DNA of 64,000 nucleotides from Isosphaeraceae bacterium (GTDB lineage: Bacteria; Planctomycetota; Planctomycetia; Isosphaerales; Isosphaeraceae). This document shows, one piece after another, positions 39,195 to 51,645 of this stretch. The position numbers and the translations under genes were made by a program. Position 1 is the stretch's first letter; every line of letters starts with the position of its first letter. The stretch is from positions 248,001 to 312,000 of the forward strand of contig CBDAVP010000016.1 of the NCBI GenBank assembly GCA_965201075.1. The letters run 5' to 3'. Below the pieces are notes generated by a model. That model ran no database searches. It saw only the letters and a program-made list of their open reading frames with translations, and was not told where the DNA came from.

Positions 39195-41864
39195 CTAACG
39201 TCTCGCCCCGTCCGTGGCCGTTGCGGAGATGGTCACGGGCGAGAAGGTGAAGCGGGAGCCGTCCCAGTCAACCTCCACGACGCTGCCGGGGCCAAACCGA
39301 CCGTCGAGCAGCGCCGAGGCCAGCGGGTTGGCGATCCGTTGTTGCAGGATTCGCTTCAAGGGGCGTGCCCCGTAGGCTGGGTCGAACCCTTCCTCGGCGA
39401 GGTGGGCCCTGGCGTTGTCGGAGATTCGCAAGGTCAGGCCCGCCTCGGTCATCTGCCCGTCCATCCGGCGGAGCTGGATGTTGACGATCTTGCTCAACTC
39501 CGCCATCCCGAGCGGGTGGAACAGAATCGTTTCGTCGATGCGGTTGAGGAACTCGGGGAGGAACTCCCGCTTGAGGACCTCGTCGACGGCCAGGCGCATC
39601 GCTTCGGGGCTGGCTCCTTCCTCGGTCATGCGGGCGATGATCGGGCTGCCGAGGTTGGAGGTCATGATGATGACGGTGTTGCGGAAGTCGACCGTGCGGC
39701 CCTGGCCGTCGGTCAGTCGGCCGTCGTCGAGCACCTGGAGCAGCACGTTGAAGACGTCTCGGTGGGCCTTCTCGATCTCGTCGAGCAGGACGACCGAGTA
39801 CGGGCGACGTCGAACGGCCTCGGTGAGCCGGCCGCCTTCCTCGTAGCCGACGTAGCCCGGAGGGGCGCCGATGAGTCGAGCGACGTTGTGGCGCTCGCCG
39901 AACTCGCTCATATCCAGGCGAACCATGGCGGATTCGCTGTCGAAGAGGAACTCGGCGAGGGCCTTGGCCAGCTCCGTCTTGCCGACGCCGGTGGGGCCCA
40001 GGAACAGGAACGAGCCGATCGGACGGTTGGGGTCCTGCAACCCGGCTCGACTGCGACGGACCGCGTCGGCCACGGCGCGCACGGCTTCGTCCTGGCCGAC
40101 CATCCGCAGGTGGATCTGGTCTTCCAGCTTGACGAGCTTTTCGCGCTCGGTGGTCAACATCTTGGCCACGGGGATGCCGGTCCACTGGCTGACGACCTCG
40201 GCGATCTCCTCGCTGTCGACCTCCTTCTTGAGCAGGCGTCGGGTTTCCTTGGGTTGCGCGACGTCGCCGGCGGCTTCGGTCTGGGCGATGCGCGTTTCGA
40301 GCGATTTACGCTCGCCGTCGAGGGTCGCCAGGGCCTGATATTGCTTTTCCTCGACTCGCTCGCCCCGCTGGGAGGCGTGGCGGATCTCGTCCCAGGCGCG
40401 ACCGTATTCGGTTTGGACCTCGGCCAGGCGCTCGCGAATCTTCTGGACGTCGCCCAGGCCCGATTTCTCGAACTCCCACTGAGAGCGAAGGTCGCGCTCC
40501 TCCTTCTTGAGCCGGTCAATTTCGTCCTCGACCTCGGCCAGACGCTCCAGGGCGTGCTCCTCGTTCTCGCTTCTGAGCATCCGCTGGGCGAGTTCGAGTT
40601 GGAGGAGGCGTCGTTGGATGACGTCGATCTCGGTGGGGACGGATTGCAGTTCCATTGCCAGGCGGCTGCTCGCCTCGTCGACCAGGTCGATCGCCTTGTC
40701 GGGCAAGAAGCGGTCGGTGATGTAGCGGGAGGCGAGCTTGGCGGCCGAGATCAGGGCCGAGTCGCGAATCTTGACCCGGTGGTGGACCTCGTAACGCTCC
40801 TTGAGGCCGCGGAGGATCGCCACCGTGTCCTCGACGCTGGGCTCGCCGACCAGGACCGGCTGGAAGCGACGTTCGAGAGCCGGGTCCTTTTCGATGTGCT
40901 CGCGGTACTCGTCCAGGGTGGTCGCGCCGATGCAGCGCAATTCCCCACGGGCGAGGGCGGGTTTGAGCAGGTTGGCCGCGTCCATCGCTCCATCAGCCTT
41001 GCCGGCGCCGACGACCAGATGCAGTTCGTCGATGAACAGGACGATGCGTCCTTCAGACTGGCCGACATCCTTGAGGACCGCCTTGAGCCGCTCCTCGAAC
41101 TCGCCGCGAAATTTGGTGCCGGCGACGAGAGCGCCCATGTCCAGCGCGAAGACCTTGCGGTCTCGGAGGCTCTCGGGGACGTCGCCCGAGACGATGCGCT
41201 GGGCCAGCCCTTCGACGATGGCGGTCTTGCCGACACCCGGCTCGCCGATCAGCACCGGGTTGTTCTTGGTGCGACGCGAGAGAACCTGGACGACGCGGCG
41301 GATCTCGGCGTCCCGGCCGATGACCGGGTCCATCTTCCCCTTGCGGGCGGCCTCGACAAGGTCGCGGCCGTACTTTTCCAACGCCTGGTACTTGTCGTCG
41401 GGATTCTGGTCGGTGACGCGCTGGCCTCCGCGGACTTTTTGCAAGGCCAGGAGGATGTCCCTTTCCCCAGCGCCCACGGCCGAGAGCAATTCCTGAACGC
41501 GACCCCTGGTTTTGGAGAGGCCGAGCAGCAGGTGTTCGACCGAGACGAAGTCGTCCTTCATCCGGTCGGCCTCGGCCTGCGCCGCGTCGAGGACTCGCGC
41601 GAGGTCGGGGCTCAGCGACACGTCGCCGCCGCCGGTGACTTTCGGCAGGGCGTTGATTCCCTCCTGGGCCGCTCTTTGAATCTGAGCAGGATTGACACCC
41701 AGGGTCGTAAACAAGGAACGCACGACCGCCTGGTCGGGGTCCAGCAACCCTGCTAGCAGGTGAATCGGCTCGACTCGCTGCTGGCCGTGGTCCCTTGCCA
41801 ATCCCTGCGCGGCCTGGACAGCCTCCTGGCTCTTGAGGGTCAACTTGTCGAATCGGAAGGCCAT
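39195..41864 (-). CDS. clpB: ATP-dependent disaggregase ClpB
   Basis: Clp-N domain, GEPGVGKT, coiled-coil M domain, [21 protein letters not shown]. Confidence 0.97.
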   Translation of the reverse strand: MAFRFDKLTLKSQEAVQAAQGLARDHGQQRVEPIHLLAGLLDPDQAVVRSLFTTLGVNPAQIQRAAQEGINALPKVTGGGDVSLSPDLARVLDAAQAEADRMKDDFVSVEHLLLGLSKTRGRVQELLSAVGAGERDILLALQKVRGGQRVTDQNPDDKYQALEKYGRDLVEAARKGKMDPVIGRDAEIRRVVQVLSRRTKNNPVLIGEPGVGKTAIVEGLAQRIVSGDVPESLRDRKVFALDMGALVAGTKFRGEFEERLKAVLKDVGQSEGRIVLFIDELHLVVGAGKADGAMDAANLLKPALARGELRCIGATTLDEYREHIEKDPALERRFQPVLVGEPSVEDTVAILRGLKERYEVHHRVKIRDSALISAAKLASRYITDRFLPDKAIDLVDEASSRLAMELQSVPTEIDVIQRRLLQLELAQRMLRSENEEHALERLAEVEDEIDRLKKEERDLRSQWEFEKSGLGDVQKIRERLAEVQTEYGRAWDEIRHASQRGERVEEKQYQALATLDGERKSLETRIAQTEAAGDVAQPKETRRLLKKEVDSEEIAEVVSQWTGIPVAKMLTTEREKLVKLEDQIHLRMVGQDEAVRAVADAVRRSRAGLQDPNRPIGSFLFLGPTGVGKTELAKALAEFLFDSESAMVRLDMSEFGERHNVARLIGAPPGYVGYEEGGRLTEAVRRRPYSVVLLDEIEKAHRDVFNVLLQVLDDGRLTDGQGRTVDFRNTVIIMTSNLGSPIIARMTEEGASPEAMRLAVDEVLKREFLPEFLNRIDETILFHPLGMAELSKIVNIQLRRMDGQMTEAGLTLRISDNARAHLAEEGFDPAYGARPLKRILQQRIANPLASALLDGRFGPGSVVEVDWDGSRFTFSPVTISATATDGARR

Positions 41865-41997
41865 CGAGAACTCCTCTTGGGGAGTGGATTGCGCGGCGAT
41901 TTGCTCACGGGAAGTGGTTCGCCAGAAATACGCGGTCCGCCGCCCGATCGTTCGTTCAAATCCGTGCGGAATTGCCAGAAAGTGGTGCGCCGTAGGT

Positions 41998-42348
41998 TCA
42001 GGATTTGTCGAGGAGGCGGGCGTCGACCCGGGGTGTCCAGGGATGGTTGAAGCAGTCGGCCAGGGCGTCGGCCCAGAAGGCTTCGGGGTTGGCGGACATG
42101 GACGGGTCGAACCAGCCGCCGCCGGGGAGGCCGGTGTCCTTGCGGACGACCAGGGCGCAAAGGTCGGGCAAGCCGGCGGCGCGGCAGCGGGCGGCCAGGG
42201 GCGTGAGGAGTTGCCGGTGAATGTGCCGGGCCGTCAGGGGAGGGCCGACTCGGCCGGCGAGTTCGGAGTAGGAGAGGGTCCGCCTCATGCGGATCGCCTC
42301 GAAGAGGATTGGCCAGGCTCGGCGGATGGCGTCGGGGTAGTCGAGCAT
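41998..42348 (-). CDS. Uncharacterised small protein, winged-helix-like (paralogue of 43110..43517)
   Basis: [43 protein letters not shown]. Confidence 0.75.
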   Translation of the reverse strand: MLDYPDAIRRAWPILFEAIRMRRTLSYSELAGRVGPPLTARHIHRQLLTPLAARCRAAGLPDLCALVVRKDTGLPGGGWFDPSMSANPEAFWADALADCFNHPWTPRVDARLLDKS

Positions 42349-42373
42349 CGTCCCGCGTGTCTCGTTCCGTCGC

Positions 42374-43087
42374 TCAGGCGGGCGGTGGTCCGGCCAGGAT
42401 CGCTTCGAGGCAACGACTGGCATGCGTCAGGTCGATTTGCCAGAGACACTCGGCGTTGATCCAGAAGCCGGGGATCGCGGTGGAGCGGACGGGCCCCTGG
42501 GTGAAGACTTCGCGGAGGTACCGGCCGTTGACCAACCGCTCGACGATCAACCGCTGATTCGCGTCGTCCACGAACCAAACCTCGGGGATGTTCGCTTCCC
42601 GGAAGGCGTTGAGTTTCCTGCCCAGGTCATGGGTTCGAGTGGATCGCGAAAGGACTTCCAGGACGAACGAGGCCAGGGGCATGAAATCCGGCTCGGCGTC
42701 GATCGGCCGGACGAAGAGATCGGGCTCCAACTTCCGTTGTGGGGTGAGGCGAAGCACCGCGGGACCCATCAGAACTTTCCCGCATCGCCCCTCGCAAGCA
42801 AATTCCATGAGAAGGTACAGGAACAGCCCCACCTGTTCCTGATGACGGTCGGTGGCTGGCGACGGCAAGTAGATGACTCCGTCGAGATATTCGCAGATCC
42901 GCATCTCGGGGGCATCACGCTCGAAGTCCTCGGGTTTCTGGTCGAGGATCGTCACCATGAAGTCGCCGGTCAGCGAGGCGCGGTCGTAGACACCACCCGG
43001 TAGCGGAAGGAAGCCTCCGTGGAGGAGCAAGTGCGGCTCGGTGACTTCGGATGATTCGATCGGCTCAATCGCTTCGGTCGTGGCCAT
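42374..43087 (-). CDS. Uma2 (DUF820) family PD-(D/E)xK endonuclease-like protein
   Basis: EYLDG..SPA..HQ, EPDL, VLEVLSRST..D..RK..Y/F..IPEVWFVD. Confidence 0.9.
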   Translation of the reverse strand: MATTEAIEPIESSEVTEPHLLLHGGFLPLPGGVYDRASLTGDFMVTILDQKPEDFERDAPEMRICEYLDGVIYLPSPATDRHQEQVGLFLYLLMEFACEGRCGKVLMGPAVLRLTPQRKLEPDLFVRPIDAEPDFMPLASFVLEVLSRSTRTHDLGRKLNAFREANIPEVWFVDDANQRLIVERLVNGRYLREVFTQGPVRSTAIPGFWINAECLWQIDLTHASRCLEAILAGPPPA

Positions 43088-43109
43088 GTTTTGCCTCGTC
43101 CTTGGCGGG

Positions 43110-43517
43110 TCAGAAGAAGGGGGCCTCGGGCCATTCGGAGTAGTCCCGGGCGGTCTTGAAGCGGTCGAACCAGAAGCCGACGTCGCCGACGGTCGACTCT
43201 CCCCGGGTGACGTACAGTTCCCACCAGCCGTCGGAGGGTCTGAGGAGGTTGCCCAGGTCCTTGCGGGAGGGGGTTTTGGAGATGATCAGGGAGGAGAGGT
43301 CAGGCTTGGCGTTTTCCAGGCAGACGGCCTGGAGCGGCTTGAGGAGCTTGGCGGCGACGGTGCGGGGGGTTTCCTTGATGCCGACGTCCTTGCAGCGGAG
43401 ACAGAAGTCGTCGTAGGTGATCCAGTTGACGGGCCGACGCTCGCGGGCCGCGGCGGCCAGTTCTTGGGCGATTTGGACCAGGATCGGGTAGGCGGCCCGG
43501 GCGCTATCGAGGGACAT
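43110..43517 (-). CDS. Uncharacterised small protein, winged-helix-like (paralogue of 41998..42348)
   Basis: AYPIL..ITYDDF..LLKPL..C..KPDLSSLIISK..PSDGWW; AGGAG RBS; host-like codon use. Confidence 0.78.
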   Translation of the reverse strand: MSLDSARAAYPILVQIAQELAAAARERRPVNWITYDDFCLRCKDVGIKETPRTVAAKLLKPLQAVCLENAKPDLSSLIISKTPSRKDLGNLLRPSDGWWELYVTRGESTVGDVGFWFDRFKTARDYSEWPEAPFF

Positions 43518-43615
43518 CGGCCAACTCCTCGCGGACGGGTGAAGACGGGGACCGGGGAATCGACCCGGCACGGGCTCCTGGGCACGAAGCCCGGCCCCCG
43601 TCTCGGCGGCTGGGG

Positions 43616-45553
<1,938 letters not shown>

Positions 45554-45648
45554 GATCGGGCTCCTTTAGCAAACCGTATCACTACATTCGCGGGGCTGTC
45601 CCCGGCGCACGCCAGGTCGACCGTCTCGCTCGATGTCGACCTCAAGAA

Positions 45649-45664
45649 AGCAAGACCAGTGCCA
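45649..45664 (-). promoter_or_regulatory. Sigma-54 (-24/-12) promoter for dnaK: TGGCACTGGTCTTGCT
   Basis: Exact TGGCAC-N5-TTGCW match, correctly oriented, 95 bp upstream of the dnaK start. Confidence 0.8.
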
Positions 45665-45762
45665 CGGCCGCGAGCCGGACCGTTGACGCTCCCGATCGTA
45701 CGAAGCGAGAGGATGTTACGTCGATAGGTCCAAATCGTCCGAAACAACGCGGATCGCCTTCC

Positions 45763-45818
45763 CGCCATTTTGGCAAGAGGTCCACCGGTCGGATTTCGGC
45801 GCCATCGCCAATTTGGCA
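45763..45818. promoter_or_regulatory. Two palindromic candidate enhancer sites, CGCCATTTTGGCA and CGCCAATTTGGCA
   Basis: 45763-45775 and 45806-45818; 12/13 identical, 43 bp apart, 100-150 bp upstream of the sigma-54 site. Confidence 0.6.
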
Positions 45819-46039
45819 GCACGCCCGGCTGCCCGAAAACGGGATGGCCAGAGAGATTGTAAACGGCCGGTTCCTGACATGCAAAGGGAGAGCACGCTCC
45901 AACCCGATCGGCGGAGGGGGGCCGGCGATCGGGCTAGCCGCCCAGGATGGGGCGGGGAGGTGTGCGGCCTCTCGGTGGGTTGTCCCCTCGAAGAGGCCGT
46001 GAGGAGACTGGTGGCGATTCCGCGATCGGCGACCGAGGA

Positions 46040-47425
46040 TCAGGCCATCGGAGTGAGGTGGGCGAGGGCATGATCGTGCAAGTCGTTGGCCCGTCGATCC
46101 TTGGAATGGGAGGTGGGGGTTTCCAGGACGGTGGCGAGGAGGGGGCTGGCCGGCGGGGCCGAGGCGGGAAGTTTCCGCGGGGGTGACGCGGGCCGGGCGG
46201 GGGTCGGGTCGTTGACGGTGACGAGGTAGTTGCTGGACCAGCCCCAGTACCAGTAGCGGGTGGGCGTCGAGGCTGGGGTTGTCGCCGGGATTGAAACCGG
46301 GTTGGAGACCGTTTTGAGGGCCGTCGCGGTTCCGTAGGCGGTGAGGTCGCGGATGACCGAGGCCACGTAGGGCGTTCCCCGGCCGGTGGCCAGGTCGTAG
46401 CCGTTGCCGGCCGCGTAGCCGTTGGAACCCGTGGTGACGTCGTGGAAGTCGGCGGAGGCCAGGGAATAAAGCGCGGGGAGCGTTTGCGAGGGGCCGTCCA
46501 GGGTTGCCTTGCCGACCAGGGCTCGGGCCTGATCGGTGATGCCGATCAGGGCCGCCCAGACCTGGACCGAGGCGCTGGTTCCCCCGACGGTGATGGTGGA
46601 GGTTCGGCCGGTCGAGGGGGGGGTGTAAACGATCGAATAGCCGGTGCGGGGGTCGGCGTCGATCGACACGTCGGGGGTGGTCCGCATCGTCCGGGACTGG
46701 ACGCCGACTTGATAGGAGGGGATCGTGACGTAGCGGCTGACTCCGCCGCCTCCCAGGGACCAGGCCGACTCCGAGCCGTACACGCTTCCGCTAATGAGGT
46801 TCAGGGTGGTTCCGCCCACCGCGACGACGTTGGCCGAGGAAGCCGGCCAGGAGGCTCCCGCCGCGGCCGAGTTGTCGCCGGTGGCGGCCAGGAAGGTGAC
46901 GCCCGTATGACCCGTGGGGGTTGTGAAGTGGGTATCCATGGCCGTCTGGCCGAGGAACTCGCGGGCTCCCCAGCTCATCGCGACGACCGAAACTCCGACG
47001 GTGGACCGGGCCGTGTCGATGGCCGAGACCAGGTCGGTCAAGCTGCTGGAGGCCGCCTCGACCACGACAATTTTGGCGCCCGGGGCGATGGCGTGGACCC
47101 ATTCGACGTCCAGGGCTTCTTCCTCGGCCCAGATGTCGTTGGTTGGGGTGCGTGAGTTGTAAACCTGGGTAATGTCGGCGGTTGGGAGGTTGTAGGCGGT
47201 GTTGAACGCTTTCAGGTCGCTTAGGAGGTAGGGGTCGTGGTAGGCGTCGACGATCGCGATGGTCTGGCCCGCGCCGAGGGCCGCTCCTTGCAATTGGTTG
47301 GCGAGGGCCGGGCTATCCAAGCCGTAGGCGTGAGCGATCTGGATCGGGGAGAAACCCGTCAGCAGCCGGAGGGATTCGAGGCGCACGATGGTGGGCCGAA
47401 ATCGCCGGTCGGGATTGCGGTGCAT
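46040..47425 (-). CDS. S53 (sedolisin-like) peptidase with planctomycete export motif
   Basis: RRFRPTIVRLESLRLLT; GQTIAIVDAY; EEALDVEW; ATGD; VGGT; PDVS; GGTSAS; GYDLATGRGTP. Confidence 0.88.
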   Translation of the reverse strand: MHRNPDRRFRPTIVRLESLRLLTGFSPIQIAHAYGLDSPALANQLQGAALGAGQTIAIVDAYHDPYLLSDLKAFNTAYNLPTADITQVYNSRTPTNDIWAEEEALDVEWVHAIAPGAKIVVVEAASSSLTDLVSAIDTARSTVGVSVVAMSWGAREFLGQTAMDTHFTTPTGHTGVTFLAATGDNSAAAGASWPASSANVVAVGGTTLNLISGSVYGSESAWSLGGGGVSRYVTIPSYQVGVQSRTMRTTPDVSIDADPRTGYSIVYTPPSTGRTSTITVGGTSASVQVWAALIGITDQARALVGKATLDGPSQTLPALYSLASADFHDVTTGSNGYAAGNGYDLATGRGTPYVASVIRDLTAYGTATALKTVSNPVSIPATTPASTPTRYWYWGWSSNYLVTVNDPTPARPASPPRKLPASAPPASPLLATVLETPTSHSKDRRANDLHDHALAHLTPMA

Positions 47426-47651
47426 GATGCTGATCTCGTTGTGAGCGCGTTCGGGGGTGAGGGCGTGCGGCCCTTTTGAGGGAAAGCTAGGTCATCTTCG
47501 TGGCGAGGGGGTCGTCGATCTTGCCGGGAATTCGGTAGGAGGATCGGGTAAGATGGTCGCGACCCGGAGTCGGGACGGGTCGGGGTGGGCGATGTCGCAC
47601 TCGCCCGTCGCGGATGAGGTGGGACGGGGCCAGGCCGCGGAGTCTCTTTTG

Positions 47652-49487
47652 ATGTGCGGGATCGTCGGCTACACGGGATCTCACGAGGCCAGCCCTGTAC
47701 TGCTTGCGGGCTTACGTCGTTTGGAGTATCGGGGTTACGACAGTTCGGGCCTGGCGACCCTGGTGGACGATCGCCTGGTCTTGCGGAAGAAGGCCGGACG
47801 GGTCCGGGTGCTTGAGGAGGACGTGGCCAGCTCGCCAGCGCCCGGAACCTGCGGCATCAGTCACACGCGATGGGCGACTCACGGGCCGGCCACTGACGCC
47901 AACGCCCATCCCCACATCGGCGGCGACGGGGTCGTGGCGGTGGTGCACAACGGGGTGATCGAAAATCACGCCGAGCTTCGACGAGAGCTTGAGGGGCGAG
48001 GGTACGCCTTTCTCAGCCAGACCGACACCGAGGTCGTCGCTCATCTGATCGCCTCGGAGTTGGGCGATGGTGACGACCTTTTTGAGGCCACCCGCCGGGC
48101 GCTGGTTCGCCTGGAAGGGACTTATGGCCTGGGAGTGGTCAGCCCTCGATGTCCGGGGACGCTGGTGGGCGCCCGGCTCGGGAGTCCGTTGGTAGTCGGC
48201 GTGGGAGAGGGGGAACACCTGCTGGCCAGCGACGCCGCGGCCATCGCCAGCCACACCGCCCGGGTTTCCTACCTCCAGGATGGCGAGGTCGTCCGCCTGA
48301 CCCCCGACGATTTCCAGATCCGCCACCGGGAGCGTGGGACGATCACCCCCCGGATTGATCGTTTGGATTTCGCCCCCGACGCGGTGGAACTCGGCGGGCA
48401 CGCGCACTACATGCTCAAGGAGATTCGCGAGCAGCCGAGCGTGGCTCGCGACACCTGCCGGGGTCGGTTGCGCAGGGCCGAGGCGACGGCCGAGTTCGGC
48501 GGGTTAAACCTCACTGTTCGGCAACTGCGGCGGGTCCGGCGGATCGTCCTGGCGGCTTGCGGGACAAGCTGGCACGCGGCGTTGGTGGGCGAGTATCTCA
48601 TCGAGCGGCTGGCCCATTTGCCGGTGGAGGTGGAATATGCCAGCGAGTTCCGCTACCGCAACGCCCCGCTGGACGACCGGACCCTGATTTTCGTCCTGAG
48701 CCAGTCGGGGGAGACGATCGACACCCTCGGGGCGCTTCGGGAGGCGAAGCGGCGGGGACACCCAAGCCTGGCGATCTGCAACGTGGTGGGCAGCACGATC
48801 GCCCGGGAGGCCGGCGGCGGGATCTATCTTCACGCCGGGCCGGAGATTGGCGTCGCCAGCACCAAGGCGTTCTCGGCGCAGGTGATGGTCCTGACCTTGC
48901 TGGCCCTGCAACTGGGTCGCATCCGCCAGTTGTCGTACGCCGAGGGATTGGCGGTGGTCGACGCGATCGAGTCGGTTCCCTCGGCGATCCAATCGGCCCT
49001 GGAGGAGGGGGAGCCCGCCATCCTCCGGGCCGCCGAATCGCTGGCGAAGGCGCGGAGCGCGTTGTATCTGGGCCGGGACATTCATTACCCGGTGGCGCTG
49101 GAGGGGGCGTTGAAGCTCAAGGAGATCAGTTACATCCACGCCGAGGGATATCCGACGGCCGAGATGAAGCATGGGCCGATCGCCTTGATCGACCCCGAAA
49201 CGCCGACGGTCTTCGTCGCCCCGAAGGGTCCTTTGCATGCGAAGACCCTGGGGAATATCGAGGAAGTGCGAGCGCGGCGGGGTCCGGTCCTGGCCATTGG
49301 CGACCGTGGCGATGCGGTTTTGGAGAGTCTGGCCGACCACTTCCTGCCGATTCCCGCGGTGCCCGAGGTCGTTCAGCCGCTGGTGGCGGTCGTTCCGCTC
49401 CAGTTGCTGGCCTACCATGTGGCGAGGCTGAAGGGGTGCGACATCGACAAGCCCCGGAACCTCGCCAAGAGCGTCACCGTCGAATGA
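47652..49487 (+). CDS. glmS: Glutamine--fructose-6-phosphate aminotransferase
   Basis: MCGIVG, LEYRGYDS, HTRWATHG, HNGVIEN, SQSGET, VASTKAF, PRNLAKSVTVE. Confidence 0.98.
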   Translation: MCGIVGYTGSHEASPVLLAGLRRLEYRGYDSSGLATLVDDRLVLRKKAGRVRVLEEDVASSPAPGTCGISHTRWATHGPATDANAHPHIGGDGVVAVVHNGVIENHAELRRELEGRGYAFLSQTDTEVVAHLIASELGDGDDLFEATRRALVRLEGTYGLGVVSPRCPGTLVGARLGSPLVVGVGEGEHLLASDAAAIASHTARVSYLQDGEVVRLTPDDFQIRHRERGTITPRIDRLDFAPDAVELGGHAHYMLKEIREQPSVARDTCRGRLRRAEATAEFGGLNLTVRQLRRVRRIVLAACGTSWHAALVGEYLIERLAHLPVEVEYASEFRYRNAPLDDRTLIFVLSQSGETIDTLGALREAKRRGHPSLAICNVVGSTIAREAGGGIYLHAGPEIGVASTKAFSAQVMVLTLLALQLGRIRQLSYAEGLAVVDAIESVPSAIQSALEEGEPAILRAAESLAKARSALYLGRDIHYPVALEGALKLKEISYIHAEGYPTAEMKHGPIALIDPETPTVFVAPKGPLHAKTLGNIEEVRARRGPVLAIGDRGDAVLESLADHFLPIPAVPEVVQPLVAVVPLQLLAYHVARLKGCDIDKPRNLAKSVTVE

Positions 49488-49496
49488 TCGGGTGCC

Positions 49497-50492
49497 TCAT
49501 TCGGCGGGGACTCGGCCGGGGATCTGGGCCATCAACTCGCGGATGATCGGCCGTTGGGCGCGGATGTGCGCGGAGAGTTCGCGCTTGGCTCGGGGCCAGT
49601 CCTGCTGGAGCAGGGCTTCGAGGATGGCGCGGTGCTGGCGGGCCATCTGGTCGATGTGGTGGGTTTCGGGGGCCGCGAAGTCAAAGATCGAGGTGTAGTA
49701 GGCGCCGTGGCGGTCGAAGAAGTCGCGGAGGTAGGGGTTGCCGGCCTTTTCGATCAGGTAGCCGTGCAGGTCGTTGTTGAGTCTCGACTCTTCGCCGGCG
49801 GGGTCGTTGCCGTCGAGCATTCGTTGGAGGTCGGAGGCGACCAGGCGTGGGCGGGCGAGGTCGAGGGCCTTGTGTTCGAGGGCCTCTCGGAGTTCGAGGT
49901 AGGCGTCCATGTCGCGTTCGTCGAACGGCCGGACCTGCCAGCCGCAGCGGGGGACGTGGATGACCAGGCCCCGGCCGGCGAGTCGCCCGAACGCCTGGCG
50001 GATGGCCGTGCGGCCCACTCCCAACCTGGTCGCGGTTGCCTCTTCGCGCAGATACTGGGACTCGCCCTTGAGACTACGGCTGATGACCTCCGCGGCCAGG
50101 GCCTCCTCGACCCAGCCCGGCCGCGAGGAGAGGGTCACGGAGACTTCCGTCCCCTGGTTGGCCACCGCCCGGGCCTTTTGCGGGTCGATCTGAACCCGAC
50201 CTCGCCCCTGGCGAATCAAGATCCCCTCGGCCACCAGGGACCGGATCGCCTCGCGGATTGGCGTGAAACTCACCGAGTAATGGTGAGCCAGAGCGGTGAG
50301 GGTCAGCGAGGGCAGGTCGTCCTCGTCGGCGACCAGCCTTCTGAGCAAATCGCCCCGGATGAAGTCGCTAATCGTTCCGCGAGCCCCGCTGGACGCGGAC
50401 TCCTTGATATTGTGTTCAAAGTGAGTATTTTGGACCGGCTCGGTCATGTCCGAGAGGTCTGGTGTGGATTGGGGGCTGGCCGAGTGGTTCAT
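49497..50492 (-). CDS. GntR-family regulator with two wHTH domains plus FCD
   Basis: LAHHYSVSFTPIREAIRSLVAEG and ATRLGVGRTAIRQAFGRLAGRG, then LREALE..LH..AGNPYL..QHRAILEAL; start uncertain. Confidence 0.85.
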   Translation of the reverse strand: MNHSASPQSTPDLSDMTEPVQNTHFEHNIKESASSGARGTISDFIRGDLLRRLVADEDDLPSLTLTALAHHYSVSFTPIREAIRSLVAEGILIRQGRGRVQIDPQKARAVANQGTEVSVTLSSRPGWVEEALAAEVISRSLKGESQYLREEATATRLGVGRTAIRQAFGRLAGRGLVIHVPRCGWQVRPFDERDMDAYLELREALEHKALDLARPRLVASDLQRMLDGNDPAGEESRLNNDLHGYLIEKAGNPYLRDFFDRHGAYYTSIFDFAAPETHHIDQMARQHRAILEALLQQDWPRAKRELSAHIRAQRPIIRELMAQIPGRVPAE

Positions 50493-50595
50493 GGGTGGGG
50501 CCGGGTCGGGCGCCGAGGATTCGGCCGCGTGGGCGTTTCGATAGAAGATTCAGTCTACCAGGCAAGTCGGTCCGTGCGCGAGAGGGGAGTGGGCA

Positions 50596-51612
50596 ATGGG
50601 GGTCCGGCGGATTCAGGTGGTTGACACGCACACCGGGGGGGAGCCGACCCGGGTGGTGCTGGATGGGGGTCCGGACCTGGGCCTTGGCGACCTGGCGGCT
50701 CGGCGCTTGGTCTTTGATGCCGAGCAGGGCGCCTTTCGCTCGACCGTGGCGAACGAGCCGAGGGGCTCGGACGTAATGGTCGGCGCTTTGGTTTGCCCAC
50801 CGAGCCGGGCCGATTGCGTGGTGGGGGTGATCTTCTTCAATAATGTGGGCACCCTGGGGATGTGCGGTCACGGGACGATTGGCCTGGCGGTCGCGCTGGC
50901 GCATGTTGGGCGGATCGGGCCGGGTCGGCATCGATTCGAGACCCCGGTGGGGGTTGTTGGCGTTGAGCTGGAGGATGCCCACCATGCCCGGTTCGAGAAT
51001 GTCGCCAGCCGTCGGTCGGCCAAAGGGGTTTCGCTGGAGGTTCCGGGGCTCGGTGTTGTTGTCGGGGACGTGGCCTGGGGCGGGAACTGGTTTTTCCTGG
51101 TGGAGGGCCACGGGGAGGTGATCGAGGCGGGCAATGTCGCTCGGCTGACCGCCTTGGCGACCGAGATTCGCGTTGCCTTGGAGTCGTCGGGGATTCGTGG
51201 GGATGGTGGGGAGCTGATCGACCACATTGAACTGTTCGGGCCGCCGTCCCTGCCGGGGTCCGACAGCCGGAATTTCGTGCTTTGTCCGGGATTGGCCTAT
51301 GATCGTTCGCCCTGTGGGACCGGCACCAGCGCCAAGGTGGCGTGCCTGGTGGCCGATGGAAAGTTGGGGCCGGGGCAGGTCTGGCGGCAGGAGAGCGTGG
51401 TCGGTAGCCTGTTCGAGGCGACGGCGAGAGTCGATTGCGGGGTGGTCTATCCGACGATTCGCGGGTCGGCCTACGTGATCGCCGAGTCGACATTGATCGT
51501 CGATCCGGACGACCCGTTCGCGACCGGCCTGCCGGGGGTCGATCCGCGGAGAAGTCTGGATGAAGGTCGGCCCGAGGGCACGCCGATTGCTCCGGCTCGG
51601 CGGTTCGAGTGA
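50596..51612 (+). CDS. Proline racemase family, probably 4-hydroxyproline 2-epimerase
   Basis: DTHTGGEPTR, EPRG, FFNN..GMCGHG, GGNWF, DRSPCGTGTSA (Cys/Cys pair). Confidence 0.9.
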   Translation: MGVRRIQVVDTHTGGEPTRVVLDGGPDLGLGDLAARRLVFDAEQGAFRSTVANEPRGSDVMVGALVCPPSRADCVVGVIFFNNVGTLGMCGHGTIGLAVALAHVGRIGPGRHRFETPVGVVGVELEDAHHARFENVASRRSAKGVSLEVPGLGVVVGDVAWGGNWFFLVEGHGEVIEAGNVARLTALATEIRVALESSGIRGDGGELIDHIELFGPPSLPGSDSRNFVLCPGLAYDRSPCGTGTSAKVACLVADGKLGPGQVWRQESVVGSLFEATARVDCGVVYPTIRGSAYVIAESTLIVDPDDPFATGLPGVDPRRSLDEGRPEGTPIAPARRFE

Positions 51613-51645
51613 ACCGGGACGACCCCAGGGCGAGGCGATTCGGGC

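Noticed and set aside
39117..41756. 879-aa plus-strand ORF, and similar long ORFs at 43679..45199, 52242..54554, 21463..23424 and 2576..4099
   Set aside because: Antisense shadows of clpB, dnaK, glgE, tpiA and glgC caused by high GC3; no protein motifs
45554..46039. CIRCE/HrcA operator upstream of dnaK (also checked upstream of clpB)
   Set aside because: No TTAGCACTC-N9-GAGTGCTAA match
47426..47651. glmS ribozyme upstream of glmS
   Set aside because: Core motifs (AGCGCC..GACGAGG..ATCGA..GCGGATG in the proper arrangement) not found
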